A DNA stretch of 64,000 nt from Coniocarpon cinnabarinum. Lineage: Eukaryota. A program made the translations under genes and the position numbers. Positions 23,930 to 36,292 of this stretch are shown piece after piece. Within the stretch, counting starts at the first letter, position 1, and the number at the start of each line of letters is the position of its first letter. The notes under the pieces were generated by a model that was given only the letters and a program-made list of their open reading frames with translations, was not told the DNA's origin and ran no database searches. The stretch spans positions 62,001 through 126,000 of the forward strand of contig JAVECO010000040.1 of the NCBI GenBank assembly GCA_051942205.1, in the 5' to 3' direction.

Positions 23930-25802
23930 GATGCTCGGACAGACGGATTCCAAGGGACGGTCGAGAACAGACCGATTTCAGGACGTGGAAATGACTTGGT
24001 GGAGGTGTCAATCCATGGAGCCAAACGGAAGGAGACGAGCAGGCGCTCAATACTTAAAGCTTAATCGGTGCCGAAAGCCTGTGCTGCTCATAAGTTCCCG
24101 GCGGGAGTAGGAAGCAGCACCGGAGCCGACTCTGAGCGTCACTTCAGAGCTATTGACCACCATCAACTTATTTTGCAACTCTACGCGATGTAAGTCTAAC
24201 TGCTGGATTCCCATCATGCATGTGTGCACCAGAGCCCAACCGCAAACCGTCCAATAGGGACGGAGCTGGGGGGTCATTCTCGCCTAGGCTGTGCGATCTG
24301 CATTTCAAATTCACGCAAGGCGTATGCACATGAAAAGTTACGCGAGCCATCGTCCAACAAAGTCGTAGCGGGAACAGGTCGTACCGCCGTGACTGACTTA
24401 CGAAGGATGTTGCAGAGAGTACTTCCTCAGAGTAAAAGCCAGTAACACACGAGAGAGGGTCAACCCCGCTTTCGATCATCATCCACATTGATATTCATGA
24501 GTCGCAGGGATAGGTGATTCTACCCAGTGGCAATTATTGTGGATTTCTTACGTAGGAAAAGATGCAATTAAGTTTTTATAAAATAAATTTAAGGAGGAAA
24601 GCGCGGTCGTAGGGTGGGCCCTTCTGCCGTCCAGAACTGAAGACCCGACATCAGTGGGTCGCATGTCAACTCCAGAAAGCAATTTGTGCGACCTGCAGTG
24701 CTACAATTAAAAAATGTGGCGGAAGTGAAATCGGATGCTCATCAGCGTTATATTGACAACGCATCCTCCTGTCTGCTGCGCAACTCTACTTTTCCAGCAC
24801 AGGCGACACGCTGAAATGTTTGCTGGTGCGGCTGCAGGTAGCTACTCGGTCACCGCAGGATGTGCAGCAGTGAGGTACGATGATGCCACGCACTCTTACC
24901 AGACCCGAAACTTCGGAGTTGACTTCGGCCGCAGATGGCTCTGTGACCTTCAAGTACCTCCTGTTCGATACAGCCCAGTAGGCAACACAACATATATGTC
25001 GCTTGCGGGTGTAATAGGAGCGCTGAGTCATGTGGCCGATGCTATCTTTTTTATTGGTAGCACCAATACTACGAAATGACGAATGTTCACATTACTTAGT
25101 GACTAATAGCTACGCCTCCAATTGTGACCCGAAGCCTACACCACAAGTACATTTTGCAGAATATGGTCAAATCTCACGCCGTCCGAGCTGAAAAGCATTG
25201 CCAGTGTTACTTTGTTTTCAGACAATAAATCTTTGAGCAAGGAGCGTCGGCTTAGGCGCTACAGGAAAATTATGTGGGACATAACTCCGAATTATAACTG
25301 CTGCTTCCTTGAAGCGAAAGACGGTTTACTTACGGAAAACGCGCAGCAAGATACGTCTCTCGTTCTTGTTTGATAATGAATCGCCTTTGGTCACTTATCG
25401 TGGTATTGTGGGCAGGCATCACATGAATCTGCATCCATCTTGCCACGCTAAATCTTCGAGCCTCTGCACGGAGCCGACGGCATGGAGGCCAGGGACACGT
25501 GGTTGCCGTGCGGTGTTGCGAATTGGACGCTGAGGCATCTAGTACCGTGGTCGCACCCAGTTGTCAGCCTCTCAAGAGCTCCAATTGAGTTCGTCTCAAC
25601 CGTGATCAATTGGTTTCTAAGCCGGCCTTGATCTAGCATACATCATGATGACGGGACTTACCGTGGAATTACCGAATTGGACACGCCTGCATCTACGAGT
25701 CTTGATTAAGATCTGAGACAGCTCTTGCAAGGGAGAGCATGTGTTATTGCTAGAGCCTTTCTGTCTTTTTGCTGAAATTGAGGCAGGGCGTCCTGATTTC
25801 AC

Positions 25803-27470
25803 CTATATATCTCTGTCTTTGTTACTTTTGCTTTGCACCTTGCCGGGTTGCCGAAATTTTCCCTGAGGTTGCGGAGCTGCATGTCGGAAATCTTTGATAT
25901 GCTGATGCATGCGCGACTTGCTGGGGAAAGTAGCCTCGCATACAGCACATTTGAATTTTAGCCCCTCTACTTCAGCCTCGGCAGCCTTAGCAGCCTTTTT
26001 CTCGCGCTTCTGCGCCGCTTTGCCCTTCTTCGGCCGCCGAGCCGCTGCAGGGAGTGACTGATCAGGTGGTTGTAACGGCGGGGTAGTGTCGAGCGTAGAA
26101 GGCGGGGTTGAGTGAATCTTCAACTCCTCATCGTCTTCTGTTATCTGAGACTCATCACTAAGTGACGCGGACTCAAGTCTGCTTGACAAGCCATCCACAG
26201 TGTCTGTGTTTGTCTGCATCTCGTCTCCAGTTCCACTTCCATCATCATAGACGGCTTGTACCTGCTCTGCATCATCTCTTTTGACTTCTCTAAGCTCATC
26301 TGTTGTGACGTCCTCCGCTTCATCCCCAGGGCGGTCGTTGGCCTCATCTTCTCCCTGGGAAAGGTCCTGATCACTGGCTATGTGGGAGTCTTCTTTTTGT
26401 AATTTCCTCCTCAGTGTCTGAATAGCTTTCTTGTGCTTGTTGCTCTTCTCGTGCGCCTCATACTGCTTCTCACTCTTAAATGTCTTCCGGCAGGCTACGC
26501 ACTCAAAATGCTCTTCCTCGCTGCTACTCTCGTCAAAAGTACCCTCCTCCGCCCCGAAGCCAGTGGTCCCTTCTTGATTTTGAGCCCAAATCGGTACCGG
26601 CGCTTCTGCTGCCTGTCTAGCTCGCTCATTTGCAGCTCGCATTCGCGCTGCTTGTGCTTTGCTCGCATCTTGAAGGGCCTTCTGCCTCTCCGTCTCATTT
26701 TGAGTGTTCGACTGGTACCTGGGATCTCTTTTCCTAGCGAAGGCGACGAGACTTCGCACAGCATCGTTGAACTCTGCGATACCCTCTCTTCTGAACCTCA
26801 TGTTTTCTTTCTCGATCAGTCTCCGCATGCGCCGGTCTTCAGCTTCGTTTGCCCGGTACTTGTCCCTCCACGAGAAACTTTTGATCGTGCCAAATCCAGA
26901 CCAGGCCGAGTAGAACTGCTTCACACCATCATTATGTGCGTCATCCTTGTGTCCGAAGCTTGGGAAGTCTTGGAGGACTTCATTCTGCCTGCGCGCCGCC
27001 ATCTCTTCCTCTTTCACAAGCTGATCGAAGAAATCTCTTAGAAAGCCAAAGAATCCTGAGGGACTGTCGTCAAACACAACACCGCCGTGGAACTTGCGCA
27101 CTAGTCTCGTCACGTCGTCTGCCGTGGTAAGTCCCACGCTGGATTCAAATGTCGCGCCACCGTCTCTGGCAGAAGCGGTAGGGTCAACATCTCGCAGTAT
27201 AGCATCCTCGTGGGAGTCATACCAAGCGCGCTCTTGAGGGTCAGACAGAACCTCATAGGCCGACTGGACGGCAGCAAACTCGGCAGTAGCAGCTTCTTCA
27301 CGGCCATAGTTACGGTCGGGATGAAGCGACAGTGCCTTGCGGCGGTAGGCTTTTTTTATGTCATCATCTGTAGCGGACTTTTCGATTTCCAGGAGGTCGT
27401 AGTACGAAGTCTTTACCTCCTGCGTCGCAACCGGGGCATGGCCTTGACCTGCAGATTGACCCGCACCCAT
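25803..27470 (-). CDS. jjj1: J-domain protein with C2H2 zinc fingers (Jjj1/DNAJC21)
   Basis: N-terminal J domain with HPD motif (LHPDRN), zuotin-like region, and two C2H2 fingers (CVACRKTF..HEKSNKH; CAVCEATF..HQHIKDFRH). Single 555-aa ORF. Confidence 0.93.
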   Translation of the reverse strand: MGAGQSAGQGHAPVATQEVKTSYYDLLEIEKSATDDDIKKAYRRKALSLHPDRNYGREEAATAEFAAVQSAYEVLSDPQERAWYDSHEDAILRDVDPTASARDGGATFESSVGLTTADDVTRLVRKFHGGVVFDDSPSGFFGFLRDFFDQLVKEEEMAARRQNEVLQDFPSFGHKDDAHNDGVKQFYSAWSGFGTIKSFSWRDKYRANEAEDRRMRRLIEKENMRFRREGIAEFNDAVRSLVAFARKRDPRYQSNTQNETERQKALQDASKAQAARMRAANERARQAAEAPVPIWAQNQEGTTGFGAEEGTFDESSSEEEHFECVACRKTFKSEKQYEAHEKSNKHKKAIQTLRRKLQKEDSHIASDQDLSQGEDEANDRPGDEAEDVTTDELREVKRDDAEQVQAVYDDGSGTGDEMQTNTDTVDGLSSRLESASLSDESQITEDDEELKIHSTPPSTLDTTPPLQPPDQSLPAAARRPKKGKAAQKREKKAAKAAEAEVEGLKFKCAVCEATFPSKSRMHQHIKDFRHAAPQPQGKFRQPGKVQSKSNKDRDI

Positions 27471-27867
27471 GTCGTGAATTCGATTGTCATCAAATCCATT
27501 TCAAATTGACACGGGGTCCAACATTACAATGTGGCTAGAACAAAATTGCAAGCACTGGACGTCGACATGACGCTGCTGGTGAAGACTCATCGTCATGATT
27601 TGCTGGGCAGGGCTAGGCATTAATGTCACGTGTCTCCCACGCGTCAGTTCAACAGGGTGGTGACGATGTGTGCGCAGAAGAAAGCAGCTTGTGCTGACCT
27701 GGGAAATTCCCAGGTAATCGACCAATTCAGATGCCCACTCATGACGAAAGGTTGTATTCGGGTTTGGTCTGTAACACGCACGTCTAAGCTTGAAGATGTC
27801 CATGTTGCGTGGGAGGCTGCAAGTCTGTATTTCACTACAACGCCGAGCCCGATCATGCATGATGTAT

Positions 27868-30800
27868 CTACAATTCCAAGAGTCGTTCTACCTCCTCATC
27901 TGGTGCATCGAGCACTCTCCCTGCTCCCTCTGGCGCTGACCCACTCACTGTTCCTTCGTAGCCTGGTCGAGCATAGCTACAGAAGTGATCACGAATCGCA
28001 ACGACTTCGTATAATCCCTCTTCAGACTCAGTGATGGTCTTGCTCATTTCATTGCTTCTCAGCGTACGCGTGTCTAATACGCGTCCCGGCTTGGACCCAT
28101 CGCTGGCGCCTCTTTGCTTGATCATCTCGCTCCGGGTGTAGGTGAAATGGAAAGGGGGCACACCCTGGAATTCGAAAATAACGTCAACAGATCCCCCTGC
28201 GTGAATATCGTACCGAGCGCTTTTCCCTTTGCTGACACGGACGCTGGGAAGATCATGGATGACTTTCTGGATGCCTTTCACTTCAGTCTTGCAACCGCTC
28301 GCACCATCACTGACGGCGTTGATGGTAAAGTTGCCAGGCTTCTCTGCAATGCGTCGGAACGTAGAGCCAGACACAGACGCCTTTTGAGTCGCTCCACGGA
28401 ACGTGTAGTGCACGTTGAAAGGTGGGGTACCACTCATGCTAAAGCCGAGTCGCTCGCCAACGCAGTAGTTCACGCGGTTGAGCTCTGCTGAAGCTAGTGA
28501 AGGAGCCTCGTTGACAGATACTTGAACACGTGGCGCGGCGTTTCCAGAAGCTTGTAAAGCCTTCTGGTTGGAGGGAATCGATGATGGAGGATCGTAGAAG
28601 CGCTCACAGCCCAGTCCGTCTCTAACGCGACGGATGACGACGTTGGACACACCAGTTTGTAATGCAGCGTGAGGGATCTGCAAAGCGTGGAACAGACTGG
28701 GTATGTCCGCAATCGTGATTGTCTTGGGCTTCAACGCCATGCTTGATGCCTGATGGCGGATTTCTACATCAATGGTGAAGGGAGGTTGACCTTGAAGCTT
28801 CAATGGAATGGCTTCGGAAGCTTGGGCACCACGCGCATCTGTCTCTTGACAAAAACTGTGAACTTTGCCTGGATTGGTGAATACAGCGCCTGGGCGACCA
28901 TGCACACGTTGCTGTACTGTAACGTGTTTATGTTTCCTCGGTTCGTGATCGTAGTTGTAGTCAGCGAGCTCAATGAATCGATACTCATAAAGGCCTGGGT
29001 GGGACGTGTCCATTTTGACCTGAGCAGCATGCGCGGGCACTGTCAATTGCACCGGCGGGCGTACAGATCGAGAGCCACGATCTGGATTGATGTATTCCTG
29101 GTACTTAACTTCGTAAGGAGGACGACCGATCAAATTGATATCAACGGCATCGTCCATCCCCTCACAAATTTCGTGGCGGGTGAACAAGTCGCCTTGCTGT
29201 TGGATCCGTTCGCTTGTCGGAATGCTGATTTGAGGGCGATCAACCCATTGCACATCAAATGTGCGACCACTTTCATCCACAGTGCCGGGACAGACAGCGT
29301 CGTTAACTCCAACGAGCTCATATGTCCCGGGATCTTGGACCTTCAGGCCGTCATTGGCGTGTCGCAGCGTATTGGAAACTGTGGGTCCTGGCAATGTGTT
29401 GCCCTGACTGTCATTGACCGTGTGCCGGTAATCTACCGTCCATGGACCGTCTCCAACCAATCGTAAAGGAAGCTCCACATGTTTGGATTCAAGCGTACGA
29501 ACTGAACGCTTTCCATCCAAATGAGCGAACGCTGCGCGCGGGCGTTGATGTCGTACAGAAAGCTTCGAGTCTTGTTGCAAAGCTTCTCTGCAGCCTTGCC
29601 CATCGGTTACACCAATCAAAGCAAGAGAATAGTCCCCACCTTTGATGAGGCGTTCAGTAGTGATAGTGAAGATTGGCTGCTGGATATCCGCGACTTGATA
29701 TTTCGTTCGTTGTTTTCCGTGAACAAGTTCATATTCCAAAGTCCACGGCCCATCACCTTGCAACCTCACTTCAAAGTTCGCAGGCTCGTCGATGCATGCC
29801 GTGCGAGGAGGGGTTCTGTGTGTGAAAGCCGCATACACTGAGGGACGAACGTCTTGCTCAAAAATTAGATTTCGCTTTCGTAGATCGATGCCATGATATA
29901 GATGATCATCAAGGGACAAAAGCTTGTAAGACCAGTGACCAGCGTGATCGGGAGAAAGCTCAAGTTGACCTCTCGGACCATCGAAGGTGGCTACGTGAGT
30001 GCGAGATTGGGTGTTTCTCATTTGGGATGAGTAAGCTAGCGAGAATGGTGGAGTGCCAGTCATGTTCAGCTCGACTTGCAACCCAACTTGCCTATTCGCA
30101 CACTTGTCGAACACCTTTTCAGTTCTGAAGTCGATGCTGGGCGCCGGAGGATTCATTAGAAGAAAGCTAGATGGCTCTTCTACGTCTCCCTGACAATGCT
30201 CAGACTCTATCGCAGTCAACGTGTACAAGCCCGGCTCAACAACATTATCCGCTTGTCCCACTTTGGCTTTCACTGACCGATGCTCTGGGCTAAGGCTATG
30301 ACCGCCGTCATTGGCTAGCTCGTCAAAGGGCGTGAACTTGTAGTGGACGAGATAAGTGGTGTCAGCGCTCGACTTCATATGTGACTGGAATTGAATAGGG
30401 AATCTGACCGCTTGCCCTGCTGCTACGCGTCGCGGGCTTTTTGTGTAGTGACCATCGAGGCTGATAATCGGACGCTCGTGGACCATGAATGCGTCTTCAA
30501 GTTGCCAGCCTTTCGGTTTAGCTATCTCACCTTCAGTTTGCGGATCGTTGTAAGAGACAACATTACCAAAGACATCAGTAACTTGGTCAATGGAATAGGA
30601 CCAGAGTCCACCCCGTGAAAGTGTCTCGTTCAGAGGCAGATGGACCTTCGCTGCCGTGGCCCACTTAAGCTCGTTGTCAGAGGCACTGACCACGGGTCCA
30701 GGTCCCAACTGCCGTACCATAGGAGAAACAAAGTCATCAGGTTGGATACTTTGATAGGTGATGTCCCGGTCTTCACCGTTGGCAGTCTTGCGATACTTGA

Positions 30801-31932
30801 TCTTGAGCGGTGGCGAGCCTTCGACTTCCATAGCAATGTTCGAAAGATCTCCACGACATCGATTCGGACCTGCTGGCTTGATACGAGCGCGTGGACAGCT
30901 GACGACAAGTGTCTCCGACAAAGGATGCCCGACTTCGAGGTTTGATTCATCTACAACCTTTCCCAGCCGGTACAAACCAGGCTTGGAAACCGAATACTCA
31001 AGCATTTGAGCGCCTGCAGCATTACGAAAGCTATTTCTGATCATTTTGCGAAGGGTCGATGATCCAAGCCGTATAGTTTCAATTTGTGACGTGTCCAAGT
31101 CGAATCGGGTGAGCTCAATTGAATTAGGCTTTGTCTGGTTGATTTGAAACGGCAGAGAGACCGAAGCAAAGCGAGTGTGCTCCAAGCACAGCGGTATTTT
31201 GGAAGGGTTGAGGAGGGCGGACCTGGCAACGATGATCAGCCACTGGCACACCAATAGGCTGGCAATGGGACATACCCTTCGGGCAACACGTGAATTTCAT
31301 ATCTTCCGAGAATATGGGAGGGATCTTGCAGCAGAGAAGCAGGCTTCACAGAGTGCTCCGAGATGGCCATTTCTCTATCGTAAAGCACTTTTACCAGCGC
31401 CACCAACGCCGAACCAAGAGGTATCTGTAGACGTATTAGATACGTTCCAGAGAAGAGCGTTAGCCTCACTCACGGGTATCCTGAACATTAGTATCGCATC
31501 TAGCACTGAATGAAACATGAAAAGAACCGTCATCGTCGTAGAGCTCCATTCTAGCCAGGGAACTCTTAAGCTGGGGAGACCAAAAAGAAAAGTGCAATCT
31601 ATGGCAATCCATTTGAGGAATAACCAGAAAGATTCCTCCTGATCTTGATGAAGCTTGAAGAAATCGTAAAGCCGCCAGAGAAGTAAAAGAATGTATGCGC
31701 CAGCAAGATAAAGTCGCTGCGACGGGGCATCGATGGTGTCAAAGGGAATGAGAGGACCATCACTTGTGGATTCCTGCGGCCTCAGAGTCTTGATGTCGGC
31801 AATGCGAGGGCTACCGAAGCGGCGCCCATTGCTGGTCTGGGACGCATTGTGTGGTTGTGGCCTCTGCGGAGTTGGCCGAGAGGAGGATGGAGTGTTTGGA
31901 TAAGCGGATCGAAGCCGTGGTGTGCTGTCCAT
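27868..31932 (-). CDS. pom152: Nuclear pore membrane protein Pom152
   Basis: Start MDSTPRLRSAYP, then PLIPFDTIDAPSQRLY, FLFGLPSLRVPWLEWS and ILGRYEIHVLPEG|SALLNP, followed by repeated Ig-like modules (GxPPF/W..Y). Two introns. Confidence 0.93.
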
Positions 31933-32114
31933 GGGAGCATTGTCCAGGCTCGACTCAGAAATTGAAATTGGCAAACTTCAGAGGCGTCATTGTAGTCCTC
32001 GAGAAGATGTTGTAAAGAATGTGTGACAGGCGCTTTGTTTGTTTAGTTGCAACGAATTGTACGAGTTGCCGCCTTGCCGCCCCAACACGCCCAGCGCGTC
32101 GCAGGTGCAATCAA

Positions 32115-32126
32115 TTAGGGTTAGGG
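32115..32126. promoter_or_regulatory. (TTAGGG)2 element in the pom152/utp22 divergent promoter
   Basis: ttagggttaggg lies 75 bp upstream of the utp22 ATG in a 268-bp intergenic region. Confidence 0.5.
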
Positions 32127-32200
32127 TCGGCCTGAATCTTCACTTAAGTTGGGTGAATGATTGGCTTTTCGTCTGGTGGCGGCTCTGGTTGTGTCTCAAT

Positions 32201-35200
32201 ATGACTACACATACTATCAAACGTAGGAAGCTGTCTCTTGACTCAACGCGGAATTTGCATTCGAGCCTCTCCTCACTCGAAAGCGTCGAATCGGCAGAAA
32301 ACGGCACCGTTGGCAACGGTGACGACAATGAAGCTAGTGAAGACCTTCCTAGCAACACTGACGTACATGATTTTCAGATATCCTTGCAAGATGGCGAATC
32401 GGGCGTGCCGATGAGCTCCTCAAAGTCACTGAAGAAGTCAGACCATAGTGGCAATAAAGCAGGGCCACCAAGCTCGGAAATCGTTGTGGATGGTCTTCGG
32501 CTTCAAGTACGAGAGCTACTCAAGTCAGTGAAACCACATCATGGAGCCCGTAATCTTGTGGGGGAACGACTGGTGGATTTAGTCAAGCGAGCTATCAACG
32601 ACGCCCCAGACCTTGGACCCCTTCCCTCAACACAAGCAGCTGCAGCATTCAGCGCCGCAAAGATTGCTGTACCATTTCCAGACCCTCAACCAAGTCCGGA
32701 TTCAAACCACCAATACTCCTATGCTAAGCCGGAAGGGTTTTACGTCGACCATGCCGGTATGTTTAAGGGAGGCGTGGAGGTCGGAACTCTCGTGACGACT
32801 TTAGCTGTACAGATGCCCGCAGCAATGTTTACAGCGAAGGACCATCTTGATCATCGTTATTTTCACAAACGTGCTTTCTACCTGGCAAGGATCGCAGCTG
32901 CTATTTCAGAGACTCTGGAAGCGGACCAACGGCTGAGCTACGAGCTCCATGATGAAAACCCATTACTCCCTGTGTTGCGCATCGACAGCAGGATGAATGT
33001 GCTCGAATTGACTGCTGACGAGCAATACAAATCTCTACGAGTGATGCCATATGCACCAACTTCGGCACCCTATCCCATCGACAGAATTGAGCCAGACACT
33101 AATTGCCTCAGATCCCTCAGACCATCTTCTACGCCCTTCTACAACGCCTCAATGCTACATGATGTGGCGCAAGGGCGCCTGCATAATCTTCTCGAACGTG
33201 CTAAAGAAACATGTAGCGGGTTCGAAGATGCCTGTAGGCTAGGTGCTATCTGGCTCAGGCAGAGGGGTTACTCGAGTTTGTTCTCTAGCGGCGGTTTTGG
33301 AGACAAGGAATGGTCTACACTGATTGCGCTCCGGCTAATGCGAGGTAGTGACGCTGGACTGCCAATGCTACTTCCATCTCTTGATGGTCTGCAGCTTTTC
33401 AGAGCTACCTTGCAATTCCTAGCGATGCAGGATTTGGTTAGGAAGTCGCCCGAAAGTCTCACAGCGGTGCCTGAGGGTGAGCGTAAGAATTTGACACCTG
33501 TGCTTTTCGTGCCAGATCTCAAATATAATCTCTTTTACCGCATGAGTCGATGGTCTTACGATCGCCTTCGATTTGACTCACAGACAACATTGCGCGCTCT
33601 GAACAGAGACGCGGCAGGCGCATTTGAAGGCTGCTTCATTTATCGTGTTGACGAGTCGCTCACTAGATATGATTTTCTTCTAGAATTACCGAGAAAAGCA
33701 CTTGAAGCAAGTCCAAGGAATGCATCAGATGAGCCAGACATCCTCTCCGTATCGAAGCTCCTGTATAGTACCCTCACCAGTGGCTTGACTGATCGCGTAT
33801 CCTCGTTGTATCTGAGGCTACCGAAAATCTGCTCGTGGCGCTGCGAAAAATCTAAAGCTTCTACCGCCGCGAGCGAGACACTCACAATTTGCGTCTGTGT
33901 CAATCCTCTCACAATTGTTCGAAAAGTTGATCGGGGTCCTGAGACAGACGAACGCGAAAAGCTAGCTAGGTTCCGCAAGCTTTGGGGTGGTAAGACCGAA
34001 CTCCGACGTTTCAAAGACGGGTCAATCAGAGAAGCTGTTGCGTGGTCGCAGAGCGAGCCACGAGAACTGCTGCTCGAGATCATTTCACATCTCCTGGGCC
34101 TGCACTTCAGCGCTGCATCGGCTCGAGGTTTGAGGATCATCGGTAACGCATTCGGTCAGGTGAAGAAGGGTCGGGAACTCACAATGGCTTGTTTTGAGCC
34201 GACGCTGTCAGCTTATCAAGCCCTGGAAGAAGAGCTCCGCCACCTCGAAGACATGCCGTTGGCCATTCGACAGATAAGACCAGCAAGCTCAGCCTTATGT
34301 TACACATCTGAAACGGTTCCCACCTCTGATCACAAAAACCTATCAAACCCTATTGACGTCACTGTGCAATTCGAAGGGTCTGGGCGATGGCCCGATGACC
34401 TGGCTGCCATCCAAATGACGAAGGTGGCTTTCTTGTTGAGGACGGCTGAATTGTTACAAAAGTCGAGCTCATACTCGACACGTATCGGGCTTGAAAACGA
34501 TAATTCGGAGACATTGAACCGCAGTTTTCTCGAGGTCATAGACTCGAACAATTTTATTTTTCACGTTCGCATACACCATGATCGAGAGCAGAGTCTGATT
34601 GAGCGAAAGCTGAAAGACAGATCGACTGGCCCAGCTGAGCGCGAGACAAATGCGGCGGCGTTGACCGCTTACAAGAAAAGCTTTGAGCGACGTCCAGCGC
34701 TTGTAGGCGCCATGCAGATACTTGTTCGGAGGCATGCCGCACTTTGCTCGACTGCTCGACTGCTCAAAAGATGGTTTGCCTCTCACCTGTTGCACTCTCA
34801 TATATCTGAGGAGTTGCTCGATATCGTGTCTGCTCATGTTTTCCTAAATCCATTCCCATGGTCTCCTCCAACGTCTGCCATGACAGGCTTCCTGCGCACG
34901 CTCCTATTCCTTTCTAAATGGGACTGGCAACACGAGCCCCTGATCGTCGACTTTAATTCGGAAATGGGTAAGGAAACAGTCCAGTCCATTCGGACGCGTT
35001 TTGAAGCTTGGCGCAAACTCGATCCAGAGATGAACCGTGTTGTCGTCTTTGCAGCAACCAATTTCGATGCGGACGGAACGACGTGGACCGAGTTCACTCC
35101 GGGCAAGGTCATCGCAACACGCATGACGGCTCTTGCTAAAGCTGCAACGAATGTGGTGCTCAAAGAAGGCAAAGATCTGGACATTGAGAAATTGTTCAAG

Positions 35201-35554
35201 CCATCAATGAAGGACTATGATTTCGTACTGCATCTCAGACCAGTGGAAAAATCTAAAGCAACTGCAAAGAGCAAACAAAGGCACACAAGTATCGATAGTC
35301 GCAAACTCTTCTTTGAAGAGCTACAGCGAACATATTTTGAAGCTGCGCTCTTCTTTACAGACCTCACTGAGAACAACGTCATCGCTGGCATTTGGCAGCC
35401 GGGGACGGCTGATCGTAGCTGGAAAGCTTCACTGCCCTTCTCAACACGCGTTGAAGGTGGAGGCGCGGACCGAGCCATCAGCAACAAGCATGCCATGCTC
35501 GATGAAATGGTGAGAACTGGCGGCGACCTGGTGAGGTCTGTCACTGTAAGGTGA
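32201..35554 (+). CDS. utp22: U3 snoRNA-associated protein 22 (Nrap family)
   Basis: Nrap motifs KDHLDHRYFHKRAFYLA, FRKLWGGKTELRRFKDGSIRE, FEGSGRWPDDLAAIQMTKVAFL and RLLKRWF. Intronless ORF from ATG 32201. Confidence 0.94.
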   Translation: MTTHTIKRRKLSLDSTRNLHSSLSSLESVESAENGTVGNGDDNEASEDLPSNTDVHDFQISLQDGESGVPMSSSKSLKKSDHSGNKAGPPSSEIVVDGLRLQVRELLKSVKPHHGARNLVGERLVDLVKRAINDAPDLGPLPSTQAAAAFSAAKIAVPFPDPQPSPDSNHQYSYAKPEGFYVDHAGMFKGGVEVGTLVTTLAVQMPAAMFTAKDHLDHRYFHKRAFYLARIAAAISETLEADQRLSYELHDENPLLPVLRIDSRMNVLELTADEQYKSLRVMPYAPTSAPYPIDRIEPDTNCLRSLRPSSTPFYNASMLHDVAQGRLHNLLERAKETCSGFEDACRLGAIWLRQRGYSSLFSSGGFGDKEWSTLIALRLMRGSDAGLPMLLPSLDGLQLFRATLQFLAMQDLVRKSPESLTAVPEGERKNLTPVLFVPDLKYNLFYRMSRWSYDRLRFDSQTTLRALNRDAAGAFEGCFIYRVDESLTRYDFLLELPRKALEASPRNASDEPDILSVSKLLYSTLTSGLTDRVSSLYLRLPKICSWRCEKSKASTAASETLTICVCVNPLTIVRKVDRGPETDEREKLARFRKLWGGKTELRRFKDGSIREAVAWSQSEPRELLLEIISHLLGLHFSAASARGLRIIGNAFGQVKKGRELTMACFEPTLSAYQALEEELRHLEDMPLAIRQIRPASSALCYTSETVPTSDHKNLSNPIDVTVQFEGSGRWPDDLAAIQMTKVAFLLRTAELLQKSSSYSTRIGLENDNSETLNRSFLEVIDSNNFIFHVRIHHDREQSLIERKLKDRSTGPAERETNAAALTAYKKSFERRPALVGAMQILVRRHAALCSTARLLKRWFASHLLHSHISEELLDIVSAHVFLNPFPWSPPTSAMTGFLRTLLFLSKWDWQHEPLIVDFNSEMGKETVQSIRTRFEAWRKLDPEMNRVVVFAATNFDADGTTWTEFTPGKVIATRMTALAKAATNVVLKEGKDLDIEKLFKPSMKDYDFVLHLRPVEKSKATAKSKQRHTSIDSRKLFFEELQRTYFEAALFFTDLTENNVIAGIWQPGTADRSWKASLPFSTRVEGGGADRAISNKHAMLDEMVRTGGDLVRSVTVR

Positions 35555-36292
35555 CGCATGTTTCAAAATCGGAGCCAAATGACAACATCTGTACAAAAAG
35601 GCAAGCATTGTGGTGTCGGTGTTGGTTTAATGGGTATAGGAATCACCGATTTCAGAGTTTGTAAGCCTAATATATCCAAAAGCTAGATAGCCATGTAGAG
35701 TGGCGCCAATTAGCTCAGAAGAGCCGTTGCAAACCACGTGAATCGCCATAGCACGTATTTGGATCCCAACAAGGTATGTGGCACGTATGTGGCATTCTAC
35801 TAGATCGCTTGCGGCCGTAAAGATCTGGTCTTTGACCTTGTCTTGCGATTGCAATGAGGGACTGCATTAGTTCGTATTGCTTGTGTGGGCGACGATGCGA
35901 CTCACGGTGGGGATCATACTGCTGCTGCGTGAATCCGTGCTTTTCGCCGTTGAAGGACATCACCAATCAACACTCAAAGACCGACCATGACCGGTCTTGG
36001 ATCAAGGCGGTCACTCGTCAGAAAAAGCAAGAGGATTGCGTTACAGATTTGTCGATCTTGAGCTATGATGCACTCGCTATCAAGACCTATGAGCTTGGTT
36101 TCAAGTAGCTATTAGGTGTGCGGTTCGCCTTTCGCCGCTCGCGATGTGGAAACCTTCGTTCGCCGCGTCATGCGGGACAGGTATATAAAAGCCTTCCTAC
36201 TTGCCATCACTCATTCTCTAATTCTGCCCGTTGAAACTTCGTTCACGCGTCTAGCTTAATCTCCAGTACAACTTGCACTGTCGTCCTCTAAA

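Noticed and set aside
26433..29466. Long plus-strand ORFs (202 aa and 237 aa)
   Set aside because: Antisense to jjj1 and pom152.
32039..32200. TTG-started N-terminal extension of utp22 in the ORF track
   Set aside because: In a eukaryote the ATG at 32201 is the plausible start; the extension overlaps the promoter.
35854..36108. Cys-rich 84-aa ORF as a possible effector
   Set aside because: No signal peptide or regular Cys spacing; likely a chance ORF.
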